Shown here one piece after another: positions 1 through 8,522 of a stretch of DNA of 64,000 nt (position 1 is the stretch's first letter; each line of letters opens with the position of its first letter). This DNA is from a virus. Location: the IMG/VR virus record IMGVR_UViG_3300025141_000040, positions 1 through 64,000 of that record. One strand, given 5' to 3'. The notes under the pieces were generated by a model, which was not told the DNA's origin, did no database searches, and saw nothing but the letters and a program-made list of their open reading frames with translations. A program made the translations under genes and the position numbers.

Positions 1-64
1 TGGGCTCGGTGGGCTCGGTGGGCTCGGTGGGCTCGGTGGGCTCGGTGGGCTCGGTGGGCTCGGG
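1..64. repeat. Tandem 9-bp repeat (GGGCTCGGT x7), coding for (TEP)n on the minus strand
   Basis: Perfect copies from nt 2. Continues beyond the window edge. Confidence 0.9.
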
Positions 65-244
65 CTTGAACGCTTCCGCCCGTGCCAGTCCCGCGTTGAC
101 AAGGAAGTCGGACACGGACACGGATCGTCGGCCGGTGTGACGAGCCTCTGCGATAGCCCCGGCCTCCAACTCGCCCCACTCGTTGTTGGAGCAAGAGATC
201 GTTCGGGAGCGTCGTCGTTCGTCGGGAGTCTTTCGGGCGGACAT
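1..244 (-). CDS. Ribbon-helix-helix (MobC/CopG-like) DNA-binding protein followed by a (Thr-Glu-Pro)n repeat; C-terminal part runs off the left edge
   Basis: ATG at 244 with GGAAGGA about 10 nt upstream. Hand translation is MSARKTPDERRRSRTISCSNNEWGELEAGAIAEARHTGRRSVSVSDFLVNAGLARAEAFKPEP(TEP)n. The beta-strand (RTISCS), helix (EWGELEAGA) and GxSVSDFL layout matches RHH/MobC proteins. Not in the ORF track because there is no stop inside the window. Confidence 0.55.
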   Translation of the reverse strand, partial: MSARKTPDERRRSRTISCSNNEWGELEAGAIAEARHTGRRSVSVSDFLVNAGLARAEAFKPEPTEPTEPTEPTEPTEPTEP

Positions 245-282
245 AGAGGGCGGTTCCTTCCAGTGGGTGCGGGCGTGCCGCG

Positions 283-951
283 TCAGGCGATACCCGCCTT
301 GTGCAGCGTATCGAGCAGTCGGGATGCGAGCGTTTGGACGGTCTGCGTGTCTAGGGCCGCGCCGGTCAGCTTCAACGCGGCGGCGACTCCTCGGGCGTCC
401 CCCAAGGTCGCGCGCAGTCCGGCCATTTCGTTGCGGATCGCCAGCGCCTCGGCGCGGGCTGCGTCGGCCTCCGACACGGCGGCGGCTGTCTCAGCCTGCG
501 CGGCTGAGACGGCTGCATCGGCCTCGGCTCGGGCGTTGTCGGCCTCGGCTCGGGCAGCATCGGCGGACGCCTGCGCGTCCGCACGCTGCCGGTCGGCCTC
601 GGCTCGGGCTTCGCGTTGTACGTCGGCCTCCTTGCGGGCCTCGGCGGCGGCGTTGCCCGCGAGTCCAGCCCGCTCCTCTGCCGCTTTGCGCTCGGCAGCA
701 CGGCGCGCGTCGCGCGCACGCTTCGCGTTCGCGGCGTCAACCTCCCGCTGGTTCGGAGGCGGGCCGGTCGAACGGAAGGGGGCGGGGCCGTCCACGGCGA
801 TGATCTCGACCCGGTGGTCGTGATCCGTCCAGAAGTCTCCGTCCCCGCGCAGGAACCCCAAATGGATTCGGGGGCCGAAGGGCGCGTACTTGCTCTTGGC
901 ACGGCCCAAGACCTTGTACCGCTTGCCCTTATACGTCGCGTGCTCTGCCAC
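283..951 (-). CDS. Hypothetical protein: small globular N-domain plus about 150 aa of Ala/Glu/Arg-rich predicted coiled coil
   Basis: GTG start at 951 with AAGGAGA (959-965) 7 nt upstream. 222 aa. Heptad-like A/E/R-rich sequence. Confidence 0.75.
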   Translation of the reverse strand: MAEHATYKGKRYKVLGRAKSKYAPFGPRIHLGFLRGDGDFWTDHDHRVEIIAVDGPAPFRSTGPPPNQREVDAANAKRARDARRAAERKAAEERAGLAGNAAAEARKEADVQREARAEADRQRADAQASADAARAEADNARAEADAAVSAAQAETAAAVSEADAARAEALAIRNEMAGLRATLGDARGVAAALKLTGAALDTQTVQTLASRLLDTLHKAGIA

Positions 952-970
952 GGGGGTATCTCCTTACACA

Positions 971-999
971 ACGATAGTCTACACTTACCCAAGTGTCAA
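971..999 (-). promoter_or_regulatory. Sigma70-type promoter TTGACA-N17-TATCGT (a second TTGACA at 1008-1013 and an overlapping TAGACT at 976-981)
   Basis: Read on the minus strand upstream of GTG 951. The predicted start site falls close to the SD, so the register is uncertain. Confidence 0.35.
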
Positions 1000-1041
1000 T
1001 AGGGCAGTGTCAAGTTGATCCCCTCGTGGTAGAAGACCGTC

Positions 1042-1413
1042 ATGCTTGACCCCCTCCTCCTCGGCGGAATCGTCCTGCTCATTGCCCTGGTTGTCGCCGC
1101 GATCCTACTGCCGAAGCAGCGGAAGTGGTTGCTCGGCGGCGGGGGCGTTGTGCTCGCGGGAATACTTGCGCGAGTCCTCGATCTGGTGCTGCGCCGGAAG
1201 CCTGCGACCCTGCCCCCCAAGGTCACCCCGAAGGATCACCGGGAGGAGTCGAGCCGCAACGAGTACGCGGTGGACGACGCCCTGGCGGCGCAGGCAGATG
1301 CAGCGGACGCGGCCCAACCCCACGATGATCCCCCGGTGCTCTCCGATCTGGAAAGACGCGCACGCGAAGCTGCTGCTGCCCGCCGCGACCGGGGAGACAG
1401 CGACCCCGCCTGA
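1042..1413 (+). CDS. Two-TM membrane protein, class II holin-like topology
   Basis: Hydrophobic helices LLLGGIVLLIALVVAAILL and WLLGGGGVVLAGILARVLDLVL, followed by a charged C-tail. The stop overlaps the next start (TGATG). Confidence 0.7.
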   Translation: MLDPLLLGGIVLLIALVVAAILLPKQRKWLLGGGGVVLAGILARVLDLVLRRKPATLPPKVTPKDHREESSRNEYAVDDALAAQADAADAAQPHDDPPVLSDLERRAREAAAARRDRGDSDPA

Positions 1414-1787
1414 TGCCCCTCGACCTCGACAAGCTGCGGACGTGGGGCCGTGCGGCGGGGCGCGTGATGACAGTCGCCCACGTCGCTGACGTGGGAGCGT
1501 CCGCCACTGTGCTTGTGGCCGACCTCGCCACGCGGCCCGACCAGTACCGGAAGGACGGACAATTCGCGCGGAACCTGTATCGGGCCTGGATGGACGACGA
1601 CTGCGACTGCGAGGACGGCTGCGAGGACTGCACGGTCTACTGCGACGGCTGCGACGACGACGACTGCCCGGTCTGCGCCCCCTTGGAGGAGCACGTTCCC
1701 GAGGACGATCCTCCCGAGGCACCTTGCGGGCACTGTGGATGGGTCCACCAAGACGATGACCCCTGTATCATCGACCTCTCCACCTGA
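1413..1787 (+). CDS. Cys/Asp-rich hypothetical protein (putative metal-binding)
   Basis: Coupled to the upstream stop. Contains DDDCDCEDGCEDCTVYCDGCDDDDCPVC and CGHCG clusters. Confidence 0.7.
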   Translation: MPLDLDKLRTWGRAAGRVMTVAHVADVGASATVLVADLATRPDQYRKDGQFARNLYRAWMDDDCDCEDGCEDCTVYCDGCDDDDCPVCAPLEEHVPEDDPPEAPCGHCGWVHQDDDPCIIDLST

Positions 1788-1836
1788 CACCGACGATGCC
1801 GCGCGCATGGCCGCGAAGCTGCCGGGAGCCTGACCA

Positions 1837-2301
1837 GTGATCCGACTCCCCCCGATCCTCCCGATCCTCCTGGCCCTGCTCCTGGGCGGTTGCGTCACCA
1901 CCGGGACGACCGGCGTGCCCTGGCAGGGGCCGGTGCCTGACTACTCCGTGCCCCCCGCGCCGGAAGTCGCCCCCGACACCGTGGGAGCCTGCGCGCCGGG
2001 TGCCGAAGTCGTCTTGCGCCCCGGTGACGACGTGCCGTGCGTTGGGCTCTTGTCGAACCCGTCCGACTACCAGTTTCTCCTCGACACCGAGGCGCAGGCC
2101 CCGCCCCTGCGGACGTTGCTCGACGGTTGTTCCCTGGAAGTCCCGGCGTGCCGCGCGTGGGCGGACCAGCACTACGCCCGTGTCGTCGCGGAACGTGACA
2201 AGGCGAAGCGCCAGCGGTGGGAAGCGTTCGCCGTGGGCGGCGCGGTAGGAGGCGGGGTTGTCGGCGGCTTCGTCCTGGCAATCATCCTGGGCGGCTTGTA
2301 G
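1837..2301 (+). CDS. Lipoprotein with C-terminal transmembrane helix (unimolecular-spanin-like architecture)
   Basis: GTG start with GGGAG 8 nt upstream. Signal peptide ends in the lipobox L-G-G-C (Cys19). C-terminal TM is AFAVGGAVGGGVVGGFVLAIILGGL. Confidence 0.7.
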   Translation: MIRLPPILPILLALLLGGCVTTGTTGVPWQGPVPDYSVPPAPEVAPDTVGACAPGAEVVLRPGDDVPCVGLLSNPSDYQFLLDTEAQAPPLRTLLDGCSLEVPACRAWADQHYARVVAERDKAKRQRWEAFAVGGAVGGGVVGGFVLAIILGGL

Positions 2302-2313
2302 AAGGAGTACGGC

Positions 2314-2772
2314 ATGGGCGACTACGAACCCTTCGGGAACGGCATGTACGACGAGTACGACTACGCCGTGGGGGCCGTCCCCGACGACGAGCCCGAACCC
2401 GACGATGACCTTGGGTACGACGACGGCTACGACGACGGCAGGCACGACGCCCTCCGCGTGATCCACAACCGCATGGCCGCGTCCCGCAGGATGAAGCGAC
2501 GGCGACGGAACGGGAACCGGGGCCAGAAGCGCCGGGACGCCGTGCTGATCGGGCTGGTGCGGGAGGTCCGCGATCTCCGCAGGCAGATGGATCGGCAGCA
2601 GCCGCAGCCCGCTCGCCCGCAGATCATCGACGTTGGCGGGCAGTACCCGGCACGCATGGGGGCCGCGAACGTCCCCGCCACGCGCGACAACACGATGCTG
2701 CTCCTCGCTGGACTCGCCGTTGCAGTCGTTGTCCTCGGCGGCGTCGTCATCCTCACGCGAACGCCCGCGTAG
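2314..2772 (+). CDS. Tail-anchored membrane protein with acidic (DDDLGYDDGYDDG) then basic (RRMKRRRRNGNRGQKRR) N-region
   Basis: GAAGGAG 6 nt upstream of the ATG. C-terminal TM is MLLLAGLAVAVVVLGGVVIL. Confidence 0.75.
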   Translation: MGDYEPFGNGMYDEYDYAVGAVPDDEPEPDDDLGYDDGYDDGRHDALRVIHNRMAASRRMKRRRRNGNRGQKRRDAVLIGLVREVRDLRRQMDRQQPQPARPQIIDVGGQYPARMGAANVPATRDNTMLLLAGLAVAVVVLGGVVILTRTPA

Positions 2773-2831
2773 GGGTAGCCCCGGCGCACACCCCGGAGTA
2801 CCCTCGCCGCGCCTCTGAGGAGGGGCCGACC

Positions 2832-3029
2832 GTGCCCGTGATGATCTGCCGCCGCTGTCCCCAGGTCTACAAGACCACCAAGCTGACGTGCCCGACGTGC
2901 GGGTTCGTCATGGTCGGCGGGGTCATGGACGACGACGGTGAGGTTGCGCTGCGGTCGGCCCCTACCCCTCCTCCGACGATGCTCACTCCTTCTCGGAGTC
3001 CTCGCGGGTGTCCACCAGGGTCAGCTTGA
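2832..3029 (+). CDS. Small zinc-ribbon protein
   Basis: GAGGAGG 9 nt upstream of GTG 2832. Motif is CxxC-x13-CxxC (CRRC...CPTC). GC3 is high in the first ~40 codons. The 3' end overlaps the convergent gene by 47 nt. Confidence 0.5.
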   Translation: MPVMICRRCPQVYKTTKLTCPTCGFVMVGGVMDDDGEVALRSAPTPPPTMLTPSRSPRGCPPGSA

Positions 3030-3759
3030 TCCCTGGGAGCTTCCCCTCGCCGTCCTGCTCCAACTTGACCTCGGCCTTGATCGCGTGCTCGGGGTTCTCC
3101 GCGTACTGCTCGGACAGGACTTCTCGCAGGTACTTGCGGACGTTCGCGGGGCGGCGGAACCGCGCAAGGTCGAGCACCACGTCCTCCCCGTCCTCCTCGG
3201 CGTAGATGGTCAGGAGCCAAGGGTGCGTCTGCTCGGGTGGTGCGACGACCTCGGGTGACGCCGTGGCTTCGTCCCCGGCCTCGCGCGGGGGCTCATGCAG
3301 GCCCCGGTCGGTGAGCACCAGATCCGGGTGGTCGATCACAATCGCACCGTCGAGAACGTAGACCCGCGCCTCGGGGTGGAGGGGGTGGTAGTACGCCTCC
3401 GCGAGATCGGGGAGGTTGTAGCCAAGGACGGCCTGAGTCTCCCCGCCCCGGAGCTTCGTGAACGCCAGGAACACGGCCGGTCCCAACTCCACGGCGGGGC
3501 CGTCCAGGCTGACGTGAACCAGCCCGCACTCCTCCCGCTCGGTGTAGTCCTCGCAGACCTTGACCAGATTGAGCACCGTGCGCGACGGCTCGGACCCGCC
3601 CCCGGCGACCACCGGGTCGGCCAGGGCCTCGCACATGGCAACGAGATCCCCGGCCGGGATGCTGCACGTCATGGGCTCGTCAGGGTCCATCTGCGCGGCG
3701 GCGGCGTGTAGCTCGGTCAGGACCGCGAGGGGATCGAGGGGGGCGGTGTCGTCGGTCAT
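2983..3759 (-). CDS. Hypothetical acidic protein, last gene of the MoxR/VWA operon
   Basis: Internal ATG at 3759 (MTDDTAPLD...) lies after the stop of the VWA gene (3840). The 98-codon extension in track ORF 2983..4053 is Arg/Gly junk that overlaps the VWA gene. Confidence 0.7.
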   Translation of the reverse strand: MTDDTAPLDPLAVLTELHAAAAQMDPDEPMTCSIPAGDLVAMCEALADPVVAGGGSEPSRTVLNLVKVCEDYTEREECGLVHVSLDGPAVELGPAVFLAFTKLRGGETQAVLGYNLPDLAEAYYHPLHPEARVYVLDGAIVIDHPDLVLTDRGLHEPPREAGDEATASPEVVAPPEQTHPWLLTIYAEEDGEDVVLDLARFRRPANVRKYLREVLSEQYAENPEHAIKAEVKLEQDGEGKLPGIKLTLVDTREDSEKE

Positions 3760-3839
3760 GGGGCGGGCTCCGGTCAGGGGCAGCGATGGTGACGAGGATA
3801 CGGCATCCGGCCGGAGCACCGGGGGCAGACCGGCTCGGC

Positions 3840-5036
3840 CTAGTCGTCGTCCGCGCCGTAGGCAACCGTGGCGTCCCCCTCGGTGGCGACGATGATCGTG
3901 TGCTCGGGCACACCGGCCAGCGCCGCCTTGGTGTCCTCCACGGCCACGTCCATATCGGTCCAGTGACCGGGCAGCAGCACGACGACGACCTCCATATCCG
4001 CGAACGCCTCGGCGTCGGGCCACGAAATGTCGCCGTCCGTGAATACGACGCACACCGGGATGGGGGGCTGGCCCAAGTCCTGCCGCCCTTCGTCAATGCG
4101 AACGACCTCCTCGACCGCGCCGGACACGTCGGAGCCTCGGTCACCGATGAACAGGGGCAGCAGTCGCTCCTCTGCGGCCTGGGGACTCCCGTGGACCTCG
4201 GCCACCATGATCTCCTCGCAGGCGGTCGCGGCCCAATCGGAGGCGATGAACAGGACGCGGGCGATGTTCGGGTGGACGAGGAGCATCGCGGCCTCCTTCA
4301 AGGCCACGCCCAAGGACCGCTCGCGCACGCTCGCGGACGTGTCCACGATCAGGGCCACGTCCCACCCCTTCCGGTTCCCCTTGCGGGCGGGCTCCAACAC
4401 CTGCCCCACGGTGCCCCACAACCCGTAGGTCGCGCGTGAGAGGCGCGTCCACGACGGCCGACCACGGCGGGACAGCTTGGTGGTGGCGGCGTCCAGGGAC
4501 ACCCGCAGGATCTCCTCCCACTCGATCTCCGGGGGAGAGAGGACACGGGTGACGAGTCGCGCGGAGGCGTCGTCGTTGTTGCGAGACAGCGGCCCCGCGC
4601 GCAGCTTCTTCAGCTTGGCCTTCGACGCCTCGCGGATCTTCTCTTTCTGCGCCTCGGTCTTGGGGTTCGGGGCCTTCCCCCTGCGCCGGAGGTCACGAAC
4701 AATGTCCGCGATAAACTCGGGCTTCTTGCCCGCCGCGCCGCAGGTGTGCGTCTTGGGCGTCTTGCCGTCGTCGGGCGGGGGCTCGCCACGTCCACCACCG
4801 CCACCACCGGGCTTGGGGGGCTGCGGGGGCTGCGGGGGCTTCTTGCCGTCGTCGGGCGGCGGGGGCGGCGGGGGCTTCTTGTAGACGGGCGGGGGCCGAT
4901 TGGGATCGGGCGGCGGCGGGTTCGGGTCCGGCTTCCCGCCACCCTCCTGCACGGGTCGCAGGCGGGAGTAGGGAGCGGTGACCTGTTCGCCCACTCGGGC
5001 GGCAGAGACAGGGGCAGCAGGGGGTTTGGTTCGCAT
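3840..5036 (-). CDS. von Willebrand factor A (VWA, DUF2201-like) protein with Pro-rich N-terminal linker
   Basis: MIDAS motif D-x-S-x-S (ALIVDTSASV). Follows the metallopeptidase-domain gene, as in MoxR-associated DUF2201 proteins. ATG 5036 has GGAG upstream. Confidence 0.85.
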   Translation of the reverse strand: MRTKPPAAPVSAARVGEQVTAPYSRLRPVQEGGGKPDPNPPPPDPNRPPPVYKKPPPPPPPDDGKKPPQPPQPPKPGGGGGGRGEPPPDDGKTPKTHTCGAAGKKPEFIADIVRDLRRRGKAPNPKTEAQKEKIREASKAKLKKLRAGPLSRNNDDASARLVTRVLSPPEIEWEEILRVSLDAATTKLSRRGRPSWTRLSRATYGLWGTVGQVLEPARKGNRKGWDVALIVDTSASVRERSLGVALKEAAMLLVHPNIARVLFIASDWAATACEEIMVAEVHGSPQAAEERLLPLFIGDRGSDVSGAVEEVVRIDEGRQDLGQPPIPVCVVFTDGDISWPDAEAFADMEVVVVLLPGHWTDMDVAVEDTKAALAGVPEHTIIVATEGDATVAYGADDD

Positions 5037-5068
5037 CGGGGGTTACTCCGGGGTGCCAGTCTGCCCCA

Positions 5069-5096
5069 AGCATAACAACTGTTGTGTAAGAGTCAA
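5069..5096 (-). promoter_or_regulatory. Internal promoter TTGACT-N16-TATGCT upstream of the VWA gene; the spacer holds the palindrome ACAACAGTTGT
   Basis: Minus-strand read is TTGACTCTTACACAACAGTTGTTATGCT, lying in the 67-nt gap between genes 5104.. and ..5036. Confidence 0.5.
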
Positions 5097-5103
5097 GGCG
5101 TTT

Positions 5104-6228
5104 CTACTGCCCGTCCTCAATGTCAGAGAGCCAGGAGTCCACGTCCCAGGCGTCCTCGGCGCGCGGCGCTTCGGGCGTGGGTCGGGTGGTGGGCTCGGGT
5201 GCGTACACGGGCTCGGGCGGGCTCGCGGCCTCCTCTGCCTGCTTCGCCGCGTACTCGATCTTCGCGGCGCGGAGGCGACCGATGATCTCGGCGTCCTCGA
5301 TTGACCGGGACTCCTCCTCGATGCTGTTCGTGACGACGATCTCCACGTCGTCCTGCTCCCCGGTTGCTTCGTTCCAGGCACCGACCGCGACGACGATCCC
5401 CTCCTCGTCTGTCTCCGTGTCCACCACGCGCTGCCCCACGCTGTAGCCCTTCCAGGGCGGCGGGGGCGGCTTCGGCTTGTTCGGGTCCGGCTCCTCCTGC
5501 TCCTGGGTGAAGGGGTAGTAGTGCTCGGCGGTCAGGTTCCACGGCTGCGGCGGGTCCAGATCCTTGTCGGGGAACAGGAACCACTGAGGCATCGACACCG
5601 ACTCCTCGGGCCAGTCGTTCGTGGGGTACTTCGCGTCCTCCTGCCAGCCTTCCCATTCCTGGCGGGCGAGCCGCATCGCCTCCGTGTGGACCTCGGCCTT
5701 CGGGGAGGAGCGGAACCGCCAGTCCCGTTCGACCTCGGACACTTTCAGCACGGCCAGCTTCGCCAGGATCGGGTTGATCGGGACGATGTTCACCAGGGTC
5801 GAATTGATCTCGCAGTCGCCAGCGCAATTCCACCGGAAACCGTCCACGATCTGCGGGGGCGAGAGCTTGGACAGCACGCCCCTCTGGTACTCGCGCTCGC
5901 GCGGGAAGTGCTTGTAGAAGACGTGCAGGGACTCATGCAGGAACGTGATCCCAAACTCCCACAGCCCCATCCGGCCCTCGTACCGCGCGAAGAACATGGG
6001 GTTGTAGAGGAGGTACATATCCTCGGTCACCGCGAGGGTCGAGATCCGCTCCGTCTGGATCGGGGCGAACGCTCGCAGGAACACGCCCGTCCAGGGCAGC
6101 AGGTACTCGGCCCGCTGCCGCGCCGCACGGAAGTTGGCGGTCGCCGCGTCCGCGATCTCCTTGGGGATCGTTGTGGACGCGCGGCCCGCGTAGTCGGCGG
6201 CGGTCGGTCGGGGGGCAACGCTGCTCAT
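5104..6228 (-). CDS. Putative Zn metallopeptidase (DUF2201_N-like, HExxH) with Pro-rich linker and acidic C-terminal region
   Basis: HESLH in FGITFLHESLHVFYKH. GGAGA 7 nt upstream of ATG 6228. Gene context is MoxR ATPase plus VWA. Confidence 0.8.
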   Translation of the reverse strand: MSSVAPRPTAADYAGRASTTIPKEIADAATANFRAARQRAEYLLPWTGVFLRAFAPIQTERISTLAVTEDMYLLYNPMFFARYEGRMGLWEFGITFLHESLHVFYKHFPREREYQRGVLSKLSPPQIVDGFRWNCAGDCEINSTLVNIVPINPILAKLAVLKVSEVERDWRFRSSPKAEVHTEAMRLARQEWEGWQEDAKYPTNDWPEESVSMPQWFLFPDKDLDPPQPWNLTAEHYYPFTQEQEEPDPNKPKPPPPPWKGYSVGQRVVDTETDEEGIVVAVGAWNEATGEQDDVEIVVTNSIEEESRSIEDAEIIGRLRAAKIEYAAKQAEEAASPPEPVYAPEPTTRPTPEAPRAEDAWDVDSWLSDIEDGQ

Positions 6229-6270
6229 GGGGTGTCTCCGATAGGAAGGAACGAACGGGACGACTGTGGC

Positions 6271-6882
6271 TCAGTCAAGGTCAAGGCCCCAATCACCCAG
6301 GTCGTCCAACTCTGCCAGCAGCTTGTCCGCCTCCTCGTCCACCTGTGACAGACCGGGCTTCACGCGCAGCGTGGGTTCGTTCGCTGCCAGCAGAAGCTCG
6401 GTGCAGATCCTTCGCAGGATCTCCTGGGGGTACGGGTCGGGCGCATGGCCCCGGCCCTTCAGCACGCCCGTTGCCACGAAGTCCATCACGGTCGCCTCGG
6501 AGCGCAGGGCGTCCCGCACGTTGCCCGCGAACAGGGTGGACTCGGTGAGCACGTCACGGGCGGTCGGCAGAAACTCGATGCCGCTCTGCTTGAACGCGGC
6601 CTCCAGAAGCTCCGAGGCTTTCGCCTTGCCGCCCTGGACGGACATTGTGAGATCGCGGAACAGGACGCCGTAGGTGCTGTTGACGCGGAACACGAAGATC
6701 ACTTCGACGGGGATGCCGCGACGTGCGCGTGCCGCGAGGAAGGGCCGGGACATTGTGCCGTCCTTCACGGGGAGCGACCCGACACTGGCCCCGGCGAGCG
6801 GGCCTCCCTTGCGGTTGATGCGCCCCGACCCGCGCGTCGTTTCCGCCAGGAGCTTCCCGCCGTCTGCTTCGATGATCTTCAT
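6271..6882 (-). CDS. Hypothetical protein of the MoxR/VWA operon, ending in the acidic motif LDDLGDWGLDLD
   Basis: ATGA overlap with the ATPase stop (6879-6882). 203 aa with coding-like composition. Confidence 0.75.
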   Translation of the reverse strand: MKIIEADGGKLLAETTRGSGRINRKGGPLAGASVGSLPVKDGTMSRPFLAARARRGIPVEVIFVFRVNSTYGVLFRDLTMSVQGGKAKASELLEAAFKQSGIEFLPTARDVLTESTLFAGNVRDALRSEATVMDFVATGVLKGRGHAPDPYPQEILRRICTELLLAANEPTLRVKPGLSQVDEEADKLLAELDDLGDWGLDLD

Positions 6883-8381
6883 CGGTCCTGACCCTGCCTC
6901 GCGCCATGCAAGGCTTCGTCGCGCACCTTCTTGGTCAGGCTGATCAACTCAGCCATGACCAGCCGAATCAGCCCGATGACCTCCTGCCGGTTTCTCGGCG
7001 GCGCGGACCCGATGACGCGCTTCCCGCCGTCGTCGGAGCCCTGCCAATTCTTGTAGCCGAACAGGATGCCCTTCAGCATGGCCGAGTCCAGGGACGACTT
7101 CCCGAACGACTGAAGCGAGGCGCGCATCCCGTTCACCTGGGCCTGCATCTGCGTCAGGGGCAACTCGCGGTAGTAGTCGATGACGCTCTGCAACTGCGCG
7201 CCGCAGACTTCGGCCGGGGGGTTCGCCTTCAAGAACGCAGCCCGCGCCGTCGCGCTGGCGATGTAGTCGGCGGGCAGGACGGTCTGCGCTTCGATGGAGG
7301 CGTTGTGTGCGTTGAACGACGCACACGCCTCGGAGCCGATGGTGCCGCACACGATCTGGTCCGCGAGCTTGATCCGATCCACGTTCTCCACCCCTTCCAG
7401 GGAGAGTACGGCTGCGCGCCCACGCACGGCCAACTCCAAGGAGCGCGGCGACGGCCATGCGTACTGGTCGGTGAACAGGGTCGGCTGATCGACGCCCTTG
7501 GGCGTGCCCCGGTCGAGATCCGGGTTGTTCTTGTAGAACGTGCGGATCTTGGCGGCGGTCTTGGAGTCCGTCATCTTGAACAGGTATTGCCCGCCCTTTG
7601 CAGTGCGGACCCACGACGCCATTGCGTATGCGTACCGGCTGTACTGCCGGTAAAACTCGCCCATGTTCAACTTCGGCCACGCCTGCTTGTCGGCGGCGGT
7701 CGTACTCAGGGCCTCGGTGGCGCTGATCCAGTTGGCCCACTGATCCACGCTCGGCGGCTTCCAGAACAGGTGGATGAAGCGGTTGGCGACCGGCTCGGAG
7801 AGGTTCGACCCACCGGGGGCCATTGACGGCGGGTTCGCAGCGGCGACCACGACGACGTTGGGGGGCAGCGGGAGATCACCGACGACGCGCTCGTGGATCA
7901 CGCGGAGCATCGCGGCCTGCACGTCGTCCTGGGCGGTCGTAAACTCGTCAAAGAACACGGCCGCGCGAGGGCTGGTGGGATCGAGCGGCTTCCCGCCAAG
8001 GGCGCGGGCCTTGGCCTCAATCGCCCAATCCGGGGGCGCGAAGGACAGGACAGGGAACGCACCCTTGTCGGTCTTCTCGGCGGGGAGCGCCTTGTTCCCC
8101 TCGATCTTCATGTACGCGCCGGGAACCGGAATCCCCAGGAAGTCGGACGCACCGCGCACGGACGCGAGGACCGTGATCGGGTCTTCGCCCTTCGGCACGA
8201 ATCCCAGGGCCTTCAGCATCTTGTTGACCTGGGAGGTCTTGCCGACACCGGGCGCACCCCACAGCATGACCGGCAACCCGAGCACGGTCCCCTCGATACC
8301 GGGGGCCTGTAGCGCGGCGGCAACCATGAGCAGGATATTGTTGTTGTCCTTGTTCGACACGGCGAAGGGGGAAGTTGACAT
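6879..8381 (-). CDS. MoxR-like AAA+ ATPase (AAA_5 type)
   Basis: Walker A is GAPGVGKTS and Walker B is AVFFDEFT. Start chosen at ATG 8381 (MSTSPFAV...) with GAGGA upstream. Confidence 0.9.
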   Translation of the reverse strand: MSTSPFAVSNKDNNNILLMVAAALQAPGIEGTVLGLPVMLWGAPGVGKTSQVNKMLKALGFVPKGEDPITVLASVRGASDFLGIPVPGAYMKIEGNKALPAEKTDKGAFPVLSFAPPDWAIEAKARALGGKPLDPTSPRAAVFFDEFTTAQDDVQAAMLRVIHERVVGDLPLPPNVVVVAAANPPSMAPGGSNLSEPVANRFIHLFWKPPSVDQWANWISATEALSTTAADKQAWPKLNMGEFYRQYSRYAYAMASWVRTAKGGQYLFKMTDSKTAAKIRTFYKNNPDLDRGTPKGVDQPTLFTDQYAWPSPRSLELAVRGRAAVLSLEGVENVDRIKLADQIVCGTIGSEACASFNAHNASIEAQTVLPADYIASATARAAFLKANPPAEVCGAQLQSVIDYYRELPLTQMQAQVNGMRASLQSFGKSSLDSAMLKGILFGYKNWQGSDDGGKRVIGSAPPRNRQEVIGLIRLVMAELISLTKKVRDEALHGARQGQDR

Positions 8382-8476
8382 TCTGGTCCTCAATGAGCAG
8401 GGGGGACCAGCACGGCCCCTCTCACGCACGCGAGCGCGTGGGTGACGAAACGCCGTTATCCTACTGCATCCAGCCT

Positions 8477-8507
8477 GCGCGGGGGCACCCGACTTGCGCC
8501 CCCGCGC
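8477..8507 (-). terminator. GC-rich hairpin (10-bp perfect stem GCGCGGGGGC / GCCCCCGCGC) downstream of gene 8523..9608
   Basis: Stem read directly from the sequence. No U-tract follows. Confidence 0.35.
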
Positions 8508-8522
8508 GTGCGCGCGTGTTCC

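Noticed and set aside
1-64. The left-edge repeat first looked like a 10-nt period, because of the 10-nt blocks in the printout.
   Set aside because: Re-parsing shows a 9-nt unit (GGGCTCGGT). It is therefore an in-frame TEP coding repeat, not a frame-shifting or helically phased element.
2983-4053. N-terminal extensions offered by the track. Examples: 2983..4053, 6879..8429, 8523..9650, 9869.., 10687.., 20756..21604, 21716..22849, 34581..35561, 35177..35668, 43524.., 44360.., 46234.., 51968...
   Set aside because: The extensions overlap upstream genes, are Arg/Gly junk, or show low GC3 (checked by hand for 9869-9970, 21188-21302 and 43524-43625). Internal starts have SD sites or stop/start coupling.
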